Source of the DNA: Lingula anatina | Taxonomy: Eukaryota > Animalia > Brachiopoda | Length of the DNA stretch: 64,000 nucleotides | Assembly (NCBI GenBank): GCA_051362555.1 | Contig: CM120640.1 | Span: 930,001 to 994,000 of the forward strand | Direction of reading: 5' to 3' | Shown here: piece after piece, positions 1 to 10,891 of the stretch | Numbering within the stretch: the stretch's first letter is position 1 | How the letters are laid out: every line of letters starts with the position of its first letter | The notes under the pieces: model-generated | Told to the model about the DNA's origin: nothing | Seen by the model: the letters and a program-made list of their open reading frames with translations, nothing else | Databases searched by the model: none | Made by a program: the position numbers and the translations under genes

Positions 1-299
1 CGCCGGGTTTATAAGTACAGTGTGCCAAAATTGAGGACTGTACGATCGTCAAAAACTTTTATCCCATGGGCTTTACCAAATGTTAAGAACTGAGGTTTTT
101 ATGAACTTTTAATGTGTATTGAATCATTTTAACACTTACAAGTATATTTTAAGATTGTGCATCTCACCACTATTTATTTTTATTGTAAAATCCAACTTTT
201 TAAGTTGCAAATAGATACATATTACATATTATCCTTTTAACCGAACCAAAAGCGAGGCCCTTCAGGAGGCCGAGTGTCGGCTTCACATCCGAAGTCCGT

Positions 300-302
<3 letters not shown>

Positions 303-354
<52 letters not shown>
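303..354. repeat. (TA)n microsatellite
   Basis: Direct reading. Further (TA)n tracts at about 15884-15938, 29136-29174 and 53390-53461. Confidence 0.95.
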
Positions 355-357
<3 letters not shown>

Positions 358-361
358 GCAA

Positions 362-3300
362 AACGCCTAGCTGAATCATAGTTGTAAACCGTACCAAATG
401 GGGTCTATCACCCTCAAAAACACCCATTTTTCGTCGTCCTTGAGTCAGAGTCAGTATTGCTGATATGGGTTATATATGAAATCAAGAACGAGCTGGCAGT
501 ACTGATATCTAGTACCTGGTTTAATGTTGGAATACGCTACGATACAATGCATGCCTTATCCACTACACAGGGTTCATTAATGCCAGTAATACGCATAGTT
601 AGCTACTCTATTACTTTTTATCTAAGATGTATTTTCCAATCTCACTAAACATGGATTTTGAGCGTCTTAAAGTATCTTCATTTTCAAATTCTGGTGGGCT
701 TGGTCCTGTCCAATGAACTGCGTATGCGTCAGTTCGCCAGTCGAATGTTGCGTTGTTAAGGTGATGTATGTTGACGTTTTTATAACCAGGTTTGAACACT
801 GGATGACATTTGACTTCAAAACACATAATTTGTAAATGCTTATTCACAAAAAGAGTTTCAGGGTGTCTCTCATATGCTTTGTAAGGCATGAGACAAGCAT
901 TATAATGCCAATCCCCAGTGTCTTCATAACGCCTCATTGTATCTAAAAAATAATGCAGAAATCTCGCGTTCTTTTTTGCAAGGAGAGTACCCATGTTTAA
1001 TGTATCTGGAAAAGGAGGATGCCAATCCGTCCAATCGTAATTGGCAACCACGTCATAGGCACGTAAATCGTCGATGGGCTTCACCCAGACGGCATCCCAG
1101 TCTGTGTATATTCCGCCATATCTCAGTAATATGTCAACCCGAAAAACGTCACTGATATGTGAATAATCATTGACCGGATTTCCAAATATAGTTTCCGGCC
1201 AATCTCGAAAAACAAAGTGCACCCTTGGATCCCCTTTTAATTTGTCCCAATTTGAGCCTTTGGGTTCCTCGTTTCCATGAAAATATACATCGTCCACCTT
1301 CAGAACATTTAATGTGCTTTTCACACTTAAATATGTTAAAAAGGGCATTTCTGTACCTCCCATCCACACGTAATGAGCAATGTTAGGTATCAGTGTCTCG
1401 TACGACGGAACAGGAAAGGGGATCTCTTCTGTACCATAAAATAGTCGCCTGCACAAAGCCCCAAATTCGTCCTTTCGTTCCCAGATTTGATGAGGATAAA
1501 GTGTATGATCTATGTGCAGGCAATAGGGATGGTTGGATTCACGGTGAGTTATATGTGTTATACAATTAATAGACATTGCAGGAAGTTTACTATCTGTTTT
1601 ATTTAATAAATCGGCAATAAAATTTTCACTTGATAAGCCTTTTGTAACCGCATTCCTGTCTGCCCATATAGAACCTTGAACAATAGCTGTCGTTAAAGTC
1701 GCTTGAGATATCACCATGTCTTTTAAATATAGGTAAAGACGCTGTGTTTTCCTTATATGAAAGTGAGGATCTGATATAATGACGTTTTCGTTGAGGTATA
1801 CTCCGCCATGGTCACTCAAGACGTCTAATATTTTATCTAATTTTTTGGAGTCGTTTGTTTGGCATCCTGCCATATCTGGTTCTTTCTTTAAAACTAAAAT
1901 TGGCACCTCTTCTTTAAGGTCGTTAATCCACTGGTTGTAGCGGTGTTTGTCAACCTGAGGCAGCGTTTCAAAATGGATGACAATTTTGTCCGCTCGGTGA
2001 ATTTTGAAGGCGCTAAGAATGCTCAAATAATGTTGAAATTCAAAGACTCTACTGCCACACCAGATGTAATGGAAAACATTTGGTATTGCTGAAGAGGGAA
2101 GAATATCTTTCAAAGGATTCAAATCCGACATACCTCGATACAAGAAGTTAGTGTGTCTGTCTGGAAGAACGTCTCCTAGCAACTTTCGTGAGATTATAGG
2201 AGCAGCATGTTTGTGTTTGTTACCCAAGTTGGTGATTTGTTTCCCCTTGCATTTGCAGTCACGTTGACTGCCGTCACTATTTACGTCAACAAGAGGTCGG
2301 TTCCCATCCCATTAGTCACTGGAAGGGGTTCTTGACGGGCGAAAATAAAAAGATTGATGAACAAAGAAAGTGCCACAAGCGCCAAAAAGCAGTAGACGAT
2401 ATTTCGAAGCAGACGATCCATTCTTTGAAACCTGGTTTTCCACCTGTAAAAAGAAAGCAATGTGTTCATAAAGACTCTATAGGTATAAGTATGATATTTA
2501 AAAAAAATTGCATTTACACACATCCTAAGCATGGATCCGCAGCCCAATGTAATTGTAAGATTTAAAATACACGTTACAGGTCTACTCTGGGGGAATTAAT
2601 AGGTTCACTTATGCTTATACTTATCTTAATCCTTCATGTCTCAATCTTTTATTCATAAAAGTTCCCAGAGCAAAACAATGACCTATTAGGATTCATTTTA
2701 ATGATATACACTGCTGTTCAAATCTTACAATATATAAAAAATTTATGAAATCCGTTAAAATATACTTGATACCATGGCCAGGGAGGGGGCGGAACGAACA
2801 GGCCCTTTTTGCCGGGGAAAGCCCCACTCTTGGTAAAATTTGATAAAGTACACAAAGGTTTCATGGTAAAAGGCCCACCTTTTCAGAAAAAGACCCCCGC
2901 CGCCTTTGAAATTGCTGGACCTGCTTGTTGTTTGCATGGAAACAAATAAAGACCAACCCGGTAATTACCGCTCGAATTTCATCACAAGGTCACAGTAGAG
3001 GTATATAAACATCACGGAAAAGATTGTTAAATATAGAAATAATATCTACATTTTCATATCTACTTTTAGTTTCTTCACTTGGTTTTATGGACCTCTTCCT
3101 CTTTTCTTTTCCATCTCATGCTGTCCTCGTATTTTCAAATATACCTAGGGAGCCCTCTGGGAGCATGCTTCACAGAGAATGATTATTCAGTGTCTGGCTG
3201 GTTGTGTGACTGTTACCTACCTTGTAATTATACGATTTTGCATTTCAGCACAGAGTCGCGGAACAGAAATGTTCAAACCAAGTGAACAGCCAGAAAATAC

Positions 3301-3760
3301 CTGTGAATATCAAACTTGATACTCGCCGCGTCTCCTTTCTGTGCAATCATGTAGACTAAAGAACAAAAAATGACTGAAGAGATGAGTATCTCAGACCGCG
3401 ACGAATTCATTTCAGATTGTGGTAATAAGTGTTGTTTCATTACTTTGTGAAGTAATCAGATGAATACTGATATGTTGATTAAACTTGCCTACCTGCTACC
3501 GAACACATTAAAAAAGATACGGTTCGCATGAGATACCGGTAGGTAGCTGTACAACATAATATAAACCATGATAAAAACCGTAACGTACAGATAATCAACT
3601 TCAACAAGCTTTTCTGTTCCAATTACTGAAAAAAAACTATTGCGACAGGCAATAGAGGCAAAATACCTGATGTGCTGCACGTACTGGTATTAAAATATCT
3701 AAGCTTCAGATAAAATAAAGCCAATTAACACCCAGCACACACAGAACGTTGGCCGACTAC
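362..3760. repeat. Segmental duplication copy 1 (~3.4 kb) carrying the glycosyltransferase gene; copy 2 at ~10891-14494
   Basis: Near-identical sequence from 'cgcctagctgaatcatagttg' to 'ggccgacta' in both places. Confidence 0.9.
611..2421 (-). CDS. Type II membrane glycosyltransferase, GT32 / alpha-1,4-GlcNAc-transferase-like, with two tandem DXD-type domains. Copy 1 has a 7-bp deletion frameshift near 2308 between the TM anchor and the intact 611-2227 catalytic ORF.
   Basis: ATG at 2421 (MDRLLRNIVYCFLALVALSLFINLFIF = signal anchor) follows a splice acceptor at ~2444. Motifs IPNVFHYIW...GGVYLNEN and IPNIAHYVW...SDVFRVDILLRYGGIYTDWD. Lacks the 'aaactcc' present in copy 2. Confidence 0.8.
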
Positions 3761-4546
3761 GAGGACCGAACGCTTATAAATTGTGGATGTTGAGAGGAGA
3801 TCCATTATATAAGGTAAGGGTAATAGACCTAATCTTGCAATGGTGAAATTCCTTTCAAAGTCCTTGGATCCAGATCCCCACCAAAATATAATCACTATTA
3901 AGTAAGCCCATTTCTGATTTATCGTGCTAATTTCATCAGTATCCATCTATAATTTTAGTTAGGCTGGTGACAAACGAAATGAATAGAATAAAAAACATTC
4001 CTCGGATAGCAAACAACTTGCAAATTTGTTTTTTTTACACCCAAATAAATTAATAAAATTTCAGAGTACACAAATCCTGGCAATTTGATATACAATATGA
4101 AATGTTTGAATGAATATATTGATTGTAATTAAGGGTTTTATATTTATTGGCAATATCGAACAAAAAAATAGATAAAATAAATGAATGAATGTAACATAAA
4201 AATTAATGGCACAATCTTTACAGTGGGATAATTGTGAATTTTTTGCACTTTTTAAAATATAATTCTTAAAATTAGAACACCTCAATTGTGTGTGAACAGC
4301 AGACTATCCTATCTTACAGTGTTTATATCTATTTTGTTCAGAAATATATCTTTAATTTTTTTAAAATAATGCATCTGAAAAATTCATAATAATCGATTTC
4401 CCCATTGGAACCCGTATACTTTTTTCTATACTGTTATTATTAATGATCAGAGATACTTTGTGTCTGTACTTTCTATGTATTTAACACACAAGGTAAGGTC
4501 GTCGTTCACAGTCAGCTTTGTTTTTACCTACTTTATCCCGCTGCCG

Positions 4547-4705
4547 TCATGCACTTAACCAGTCTGTTTCATGTTTGAGGTCAGTAATTTTACCGACAAA
4601 GTTGTTGGTCTGCGTGGAACAAGCCTCAGCCACAGTGCACAACATGCTGAGCTGGTACACCGTCAACAGAAGTATTGTCAGGGCGAATAGAGAGGACGTT
4701 GGCAT
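4547..4705 (-). pseudogene. Degenerate paralogue of secreted Cys-rich peptide subfamily A
   Basis: Translates MPTSSLFALTILLLTVYQLSMLCTVAEACSTQTNNFVGKITDLKHETDWLSA*. The signal peptide is nearly identical to 6250-6459, but the cysteine framework is lost and other frames contain stops. Confidence 0.7.
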
Positions 4706-5757
4706 GGTTGTTTCTGTGAAATATGAAGATTGAACATGTTAACAGGCCAAGGTTATTTCGGGGTTCTCTAAGCGGTACAGATTAAACATGAATAAAAAAA
4801 TGATTGTTTTTTTAAAATATTTTTTTTACTTTTTTTACCCTTCAGATCTAGAACACTGCTAATTTATTTCTACTGTTTTGAAATCATTTCAATCAACTTT
4901 ATTTCAAAAGCCAGGGAATCGTACATTTTGGAATATTTGAATTTCTATATGGCTTGGATTCTTAGAATCTGTTTTCATCTGAATCTTTTGAAACAGAAAC
5001 CACCCAGTTATATCCAAGAATGATTATCTAAACTACGCAGGACACGAACCATTCGAGACAGGGTAAAAACTTGCCATGACACACGTGGTCTCTATTCTAA
5101 TAATGAGAATAAATTAACTGACACTTTTTATTTCTTTCACGCCTTAAAAGATACACCTTTGTTAGCTGTCATTCAACCACTTTTTATTTCTTTCATACCT
5201 GAATCGATACAATTTTGCAAACTGTCATTAAACCATCATTTCAAAACTCTTTTGTTTGAATATGGCACACGTCGCAGTTAAACCAGCAGATAGTATGAAT
5301 TTTATTTACCTAAAATGCAGAAAAACTGACACGCGTGCGAATAATTCTCTTCAAATCCAGTGTCATTTTATTTATCTGCAAAAGTATAGGAGGCAAGGCC
5401 CAACTCCAGCTTTATTGAGTCATAACCAGTCGTTAAAACATAAACATTTTTAGTCATTATGGATTTTTTTTAGAAAATATTATATTATATGGATAAAATA
5501 ATATTGCAAGCGGGGTTTGGGTTGCAGAATTGTCTGTGGTTTGATAGAAAGAGGCACATCAACTGGTGTTAAAAGTTCGTCATCTTCATCGTGTTCACAC
5601 AGGTTATACTTTGCTTAGTTTTAGAGAAGAAACAATAAAAATCCAAAATTACTACTTTGAACCCAAAAATACTAGCAATAAATTTGTCACCGAGCACATA
5701 ATCTGGCTCTATCTGTAGCCAATCTTATTCCACACCTATTCAATACGTTTCCCAAAA

Positions 5758-6005
5758 GTTGCTCAAAGTGCACTAATCTAGGTGACCAAACTATTCATTT
5801 ACTGAGTTTATATCATGCCTCATAAATGAGGAAATGATAAAAATACTGAACACAATGTTAATGTTTGTACCATTTATTAACGTTGCTCAAACTGCACTAA
5901 TCTAGGTGACCAAACTATTCATTTACTGAGTTTATATCATGCCTCATAAATGAGGAAATGATTAAAAATACTGAACACAATGTTAATGTGTACCATTTAT
6001 TAACG
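5758..6005. repeat. Tandem duplication of a ~124-bp unit containing a minus-strand AATAAA, downstream of the peptide gene
   Basis: 'gttgctcaaa(g/c)tgcactaatctaggtgacc...ccatttattaacg' occurs twice in tandem. Confidence 0.9.
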
Positions 6006-6249
6006 TGAAACCTGATACACTGATTGCAGTTCTCATGAGAACTGAAAGTCCCGGGTTCAGGATTAGACTAATGTCTCTCATTCAGCCAGAATATTTGATG
6101 GTCCTCTGTAAGTATATGTGAAAACTCAGGGGTAAATAATAAAATAATACAGTTTACATCATATGTGACGGGTTTATATCGTAGAGTGTTCAGCTATAGA
6201 CTTCTGCCGTGGACGTCTCCGGGTTCAGTGACAAGTTTCAGGACCGTTA

Positions 6250-6459
6250 CTAATAAACACAGCCGCAGGTATAGATATTATGGGTCAAGGTGATTGGGGT
6301 AACCGAGACAATCTTACACTGTTTACCGTCGGTACACGAACCGTCACACACGTTGGTCATCGGGTTAAAGGAACAGGCCTCAGCCACGGTGCACAACATG
6401 CTGAGCTGGTACACCGTCAGCAGAAGGATTGTCAGGGCAAATAGAGAGGACCTTGGCAT
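6250..6459 (-). CDS. Secreted 6-Cys peptide, subfamily A (defensin/toxin-like; C-x8-C-x3-C-x5-C-x16-CxC)
   Basis: 69 aa with a hydrophobic signal peptide ending AEA. Splice acceptor just upstream of the ATG; candidate donor of a non-coding exon at ~7043. Confidence 0.8.
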   Translation of the reverse strand: MPRSSLFALTILLLTVYQLSMLCTVAEACSFNPMTNVCDGSCTDGKQCKIVSVTPITLTHNIYTCGCVY

Positions 6460-6625
6460 GGTTGTTTCTGTAAAAGATGAAGGTTGAACATGTTTACAAG
6501 GACATTTCGGGCTTTTTTAAGCTCTCTATGTGAAAACAACCCATCTACCAAATCTGTTTAAATCCAATTCATGTCTATATTTTCTTCTCTTCATAAAATC
6601 AAAATTAGAAATGCAGCAAATTTAA

Positions 6626-6936
6626 ATGGATAACAACCGTTCGTAAAATATCTATTTCTTTCACAGTAAATACATTGTAAATAAGTAATGGATATGCAAG
6701 AAATTCTATTTTACGGTTAACACAATTAGTTTGGGATTTGTGCTTGCCTTTGAAATTTGTCCTCCATAGATGGCTACAATATAATCTCGTAAGAGATCAT
6801 TACAAAAAAATCTTTAGAAAAAAAACCAGGGACTAATTTTAAATGTGGGAATTCATTTACCATTGCTAAGTATGGAATAATTGTACTTCACCCCAGGAAA
6901 ATTAATTTTGGGCCAAAATGAACAACTGTTATCTCT
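6626..6936 (-). mobile_element. Kolobok-like TTAA MITE copy (same family as 39999 and 40998), in the intron of the peptide gene
   Basis: Reverse-orientation similarity to 40998-41334, with TTAA-like flanks and degenerate termini. Confidence 0.6.
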
Positions 6937-7496
6937 TAAAGTTTATTCTCTTTACATAGTATGTCGTAATTCTCCCTCTTGCACATGCATGTACGAGTAA
7001 CACCCCTCTCTCCGACAACCATTCAGTAAAATTGAATATTTACCTTAGCTGGCAAAACCAATCGTAACAGGTAGAAGATGCACCTCGCTGGACGTCTGTC
7101 TAACAAAACTGTTAAACTGACTCGCTTTATCGCAGGGAGTGGGTTTAAAATAATCAACAATAGTGGTGTGCGCATGCTCACAACTTTTCATAGCACACGT
7201 GGCCTCTATCTTAATAATGAGAATAAATTAACTGGCACTTTTTATTGCTTTCACACCTTAATCGATACAATTTTGCAAACTGTCATTAAACCATCATTTC
7301 AAAACTGGCTCTGTTGTATGAATATAGGCACACGTCGCAGTTAAACCAGCAGATAGTAAGACTTTTTTTTACCTAAAATGCGTACTAATGGTTCTCTCCA
7401 AATCCACTTTTTCTTTATCTGCAAAACTACATTGACTATGGAGGGCTGCGCAGTGTATGAAGTTGCAATGAAAAAATCAATTGGCATCACGTTCGT

Positions 7497-7534
<38 letters not shown>

Positions 7535-7536
7535 AA

Positions 7537-7858
7537 CCCGCAAGAAAACGCAGTAGATACTCCAGCGCAGTAGACTACTGCAATCACATTGCAAACCGCA
7601 GTAGACTACTGCAATTATACTGCAAACATGCTTCAAATCTGCTTCGATTTGGGAGCTAATTAGCATATTTGAAACATGCTTCTATCATGCTGCTAATCTA
7701 CTGCATTAATGCTCCTCTCTGTACAAACCTATGTACTTTTTGGAGTAGAATTGCGGTAGGCTATGCTGCATTTCTACTGGAAATAAGCTCCACACAACTA
7801 CTACAACTACTGCGTTAATGCTTTTTTGCTACTTCACACTACTGCATTTTCGTGCGGG
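7537..7858. mobile_element. Non-autonomous TIR element (CMC/EnSpm-like, CCC...GGG termini)
   Basis: Imperfect 20-bp TIR cccgcaagaaaacgcagtag / ctactgcattttcgtgcggg; three copies in the window. Confidence 0.75.
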
Positions 7859-8048
7859 TATGGCACACGTCGCAGTTTAACCAGCAGATAGTAAGACTTT
7901 TTTTTACCTACAATGCAGAAAAACTGACACGCGTACTAATGGTTCTCTCCAAATCCACTTTTTTCTTTATCTGCAAAACTACATTGACTATGGAGGGCTG
8001 CGCAGTGTATGAAGTTGCAATGAAAAAATCAATTGGCATCACGTTCGT

Positions 8049-8086
<38 letters not shown>

Positions 8087-8088
8087 AA

Positions 8089-8401
8089 CCCGCAAGAAAA
8101 CGCAGTAGATACTCCAGCGCAGTAGACTACTGCAATCACATTGCAAACCGCAGTAGACTACTGCAACCATACTGCAAACATGCTTCAAATCTGCTTCGAT
8201 TTGGGAGCTAATTAGCATATTTGAAACATGCTTCTATCATGCTGCTAATCTACTGCATTAATGCTCCTCTCTGTACAAACCTATGTACTTTTTGGAGTAG
8301 AATTGCGGTAGGCTATGCTGCATTTCTACTGGAAATAAGCTCCACACAACTACTGCGTTAATGCTTTTTTGCTACTTCACACTACTGCATTTTCGTGCGG
8401 G
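8089..8401. mobile_element. Second copy of the CMC-like MITE, within a tandem duplication
   Basis: Near-identical to 7537-7858. Confidence 0.75.
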
Positions 8402-8905
8402 TATGGCACACGTCGCAGTTTAACCAGCAGATAGTAAGACTTTTTTTTACCTACAATGCAGAAAAACTGACACGCGTACAGTGCCGCCGGAATGTCCCCT
8501 TACCAAATGGCCGTATGGTTTCCCAACCCTGCCCCATATGGTCGAACAATAGAGGCCGTATGATAATTACAGGGTAGGGGAATCCCCAATCAATCCTTAT
8601 CGGGCACCCAAATTAGTCGGTTCAACGAACACGGTCTGCCCCTTCTTAATTGCCTCACTTAAGGTTTCTATTATAGCTGATGCAAAGAGATTGCTATCGA
8701 CACGAGCAAACAATACCGGGTTATGTATCAACTGCAACAGAAGACTCGAGTAAAGGCAAGTGGAATATTAGAACAAAACTCTGAAGAACAAATCAGGCTT
8801 AGTTTTAAAACACGTATAACAATTTTATTTGATGATAATAAGTCACGATCAACAAAATCGTAGTTAAAATGGAAAATTATAAATAGCTAATACATCAAAT
8901 AAATA

Positions 8906-9166
8906 TCAATGTCTCATTACCTTTATTACATGTGTTGCTAGTTTAGTAGCCTGATGCACGACCTTCTCTTCGTCGTATTTCTTTAACACATAGTAAATGG
9001 CTTGTCGCGACACTTTATGGCCTTCATTTTCCATTTGTGCGGTTATGTTTTTAATTCGCACCCCTTGTTCTCGGAGGGCGATGATACGCAGACGCACGTA
9101 ATCGCTAAGAGGAATCTTGGAATTGTGATGATTTGGAAAATCTGAGTGTCGATTTATACCGTCCAC
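8906..9166 (-). CDS. Transposase-like N-terminal helix-turn-helix fragment (Tc1/paired-like)
   Basis: LSDYVRLRIIALREQG...VSRQAIYYVLKKY resembles the Tc1-family first HTH. No DDE domain follows. Confidence 0.55.
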   Translation of the reverse strand: MDGINRHSDFPNHHNSKIPLSDYVRLRIIALREQGVRIKNITAQMENEGHKVSRQAIYYVLKKYDEEKVVHQATKLATHVIKVMRH

Positions 9167-9547
9167 TTGGCAGGTGACACGATGGCACAGAAATCAGTGA
9201 CATAAACATGTCATATTATACAAAATACTTATTGGCCATTTAGGAAGTCCAGATACACAAACAATCCTGTTGACACGTGTCAGTTGATTTAGAATTATGT
9301 GCAATTGATTAGTTTGGATTGAAGAGCGTCATCGCAATGTTAACATTAATTTTAGACGACGCGTGTCACACAGTAGTGATTATGTAATAGTCAGGGCTTA
9401 ACCGCTGTGTTTACCCAGCATGAATAAAGCTAACCTGAACTGATTGTTAATTAATGTGAGATGACACGTGCCAACCAGTGAAGTAAGCCCGAGAGATTGT
9501 AATACAGCTTTATAAATTAATTTCTTTTGATGCTTTTTGTCCTACAG

Positions 9548-9889
9548 AATCAAGGAATCAGTCTTTCGGCCGGCCACCCGTCGCCTTGTCAAATAAAGAA
9601 ATATTCGAAATTCGACAACGGGCCAGTTCCCCAGGCAACTTTTGCGTTCAGTTGATGGGAAGGTTGTTTACGATTGATGAACGAATACGAAAGGACAGAA
9701 ATGTTACGGGTGTAGATTGGAGAGATCCTATATGCAAATATAGACAGAACTATATTAAATATATGGCTAACAAAATGTTTATCACTGAAACAACTGACAA
9801 GTCTTTTTGGAAAACATTGCATTTCGTCTATGAACAAAGCTAATAGAAATATAAGGACATACTATAAAAATAAATTTCAATCTTGTTAA
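9548..9889 (+). pseudogene. BEN-domain exon inside the transposon (1-bp frameshift at ~9811-9814)
   Basis: Acceptor at 9547. Reads SSPGNFCVQLMGRLFTIDER...NVTG...DPICKYRQNYIK...F...W, and after a +1 shift continues HCISSMNKANRNIR, matching the BEN-domain consensus. Confidence 0.6.
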
Positions 9890-10622
9890 TAATATGTAAA
9901 TAGCAAAGACAGTTTGAAGCCTAATAAATATTACATGTACAAGTACGAGTAGTGTTTAATTTGATCTTTAATAAATTCATAAATTCATTTATTAAACTCT
10001 ATGTAAATTCAATCAATTCATAGCTACAATGTACACGAAAATTGCTGTCATCACCGAATCTTTTTGGTAAAGTGACTTTTAAAAATCACTGTTGGCAAGT
10101 TCTTATACTTAAAATCTCCGTATCAGAGTAGAGTGATCAAAGCAGAGTGAAGCCACCGCGCATTAAAGGTCAATTAACGCTTGGACGAACACTTAATTGC
10201 GACCACGCTCACCTTCGATCTTTATCTCAGCGAGCTAGGGTTAGGCTCTTTTGTTAGCAGAAAGTTTGTCACGATAATTGCACGACGGGCAGGGTATGGA
10301 ACTATTGTTAACAAAAACCAAACAGCGTATGGATGACAATGTTATTTCCATAGTAACCGAGCCAGGCCGTCCGTACAACCCGCAGCGACCCGGAGGGTAA
10401 GTAAGGGGACATTCCGGCGGCACTGTACTAATGGTTCTCTCCAAATCCACTTTTTCTTTATCTGCAAAACTACATTGACTATGGAGGGCTGCGCAGTGTA
10501 TGAAGTTGCAATGAAAAAATAAATTGGCATCACGTTCGTTTGTGTGTGTGTGTGTGTTAAAATAACAAATTTTTCACCAACGCCCGATAAGTAGCATTTG
10601 TCTAAATAATTGTCTAAATAAT

Positions 10623-10695
10623 TGGTTCTGCCCGGTCTCGAACCTGTCATTTTCTGCGTGTAAGGTAGACGTGATCACCACTACACTACAGAACT
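10623..10695 (-). tRNA. tRNA-Val(TAC)-like pseudogene or tRNA-derived SINE head
   Basis: AGTTCTGTAGTGTAGTGGTGATCACGTCTACCTTACACGCAGAAAATGACAGGTTCGAGACCGGGCAGAACCA resembles metazoan tRNA-Val(TAC) and has A and B boxes. Mismatches in the acceptor, anticodon and T stems indicate it is non-functional. Confidence 0.7.
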
Positions 10696-10848
10696 CCTGC
10701 AAAAAAAGTGAAACTGACTATTAAAAATATATAACAATTGTCCAAAATACTGCTCCCGCCAGATTTCGAAAACCAGTATACAATTCATTTTTATCTTTGC
10801 CGATGATTACCAGTGGCAGATTTGGGGTGGGGTGGGTGGGGTGGGTCG

Positions 10849-10890
<42 letters not shown>

Positions 10891-10891
<1 letters not shown>

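Larger units (their letters stand above)
8479..10425. mobile_element. Tc1/mariner-type TIR DNA transposon (non-autonomous, 1947 bp) carrying HTH and BEN-domain ORFs
   Basis: Perfect 25-bp TIR cagtgccgccggaatgtccccttac. TA duplicated at 8477-8478 and 10426-10427. The empty site 'acgcgtactaatgg' is visible in the paralogous repeat at ~7930. Confidence 0.92.

Noticed and set aside
7378-8577. ORFs with VCVCVC repeats (7378, 7852, 8395)
   Set aside because: Translations of a (GT)n microsatellite and a MITE.
10623-10695. Functional tRNA-Val
   Set aside because: Mismatches in the acceptor, anticodon and T stems; reported as a pseudogene or SINE head instead.
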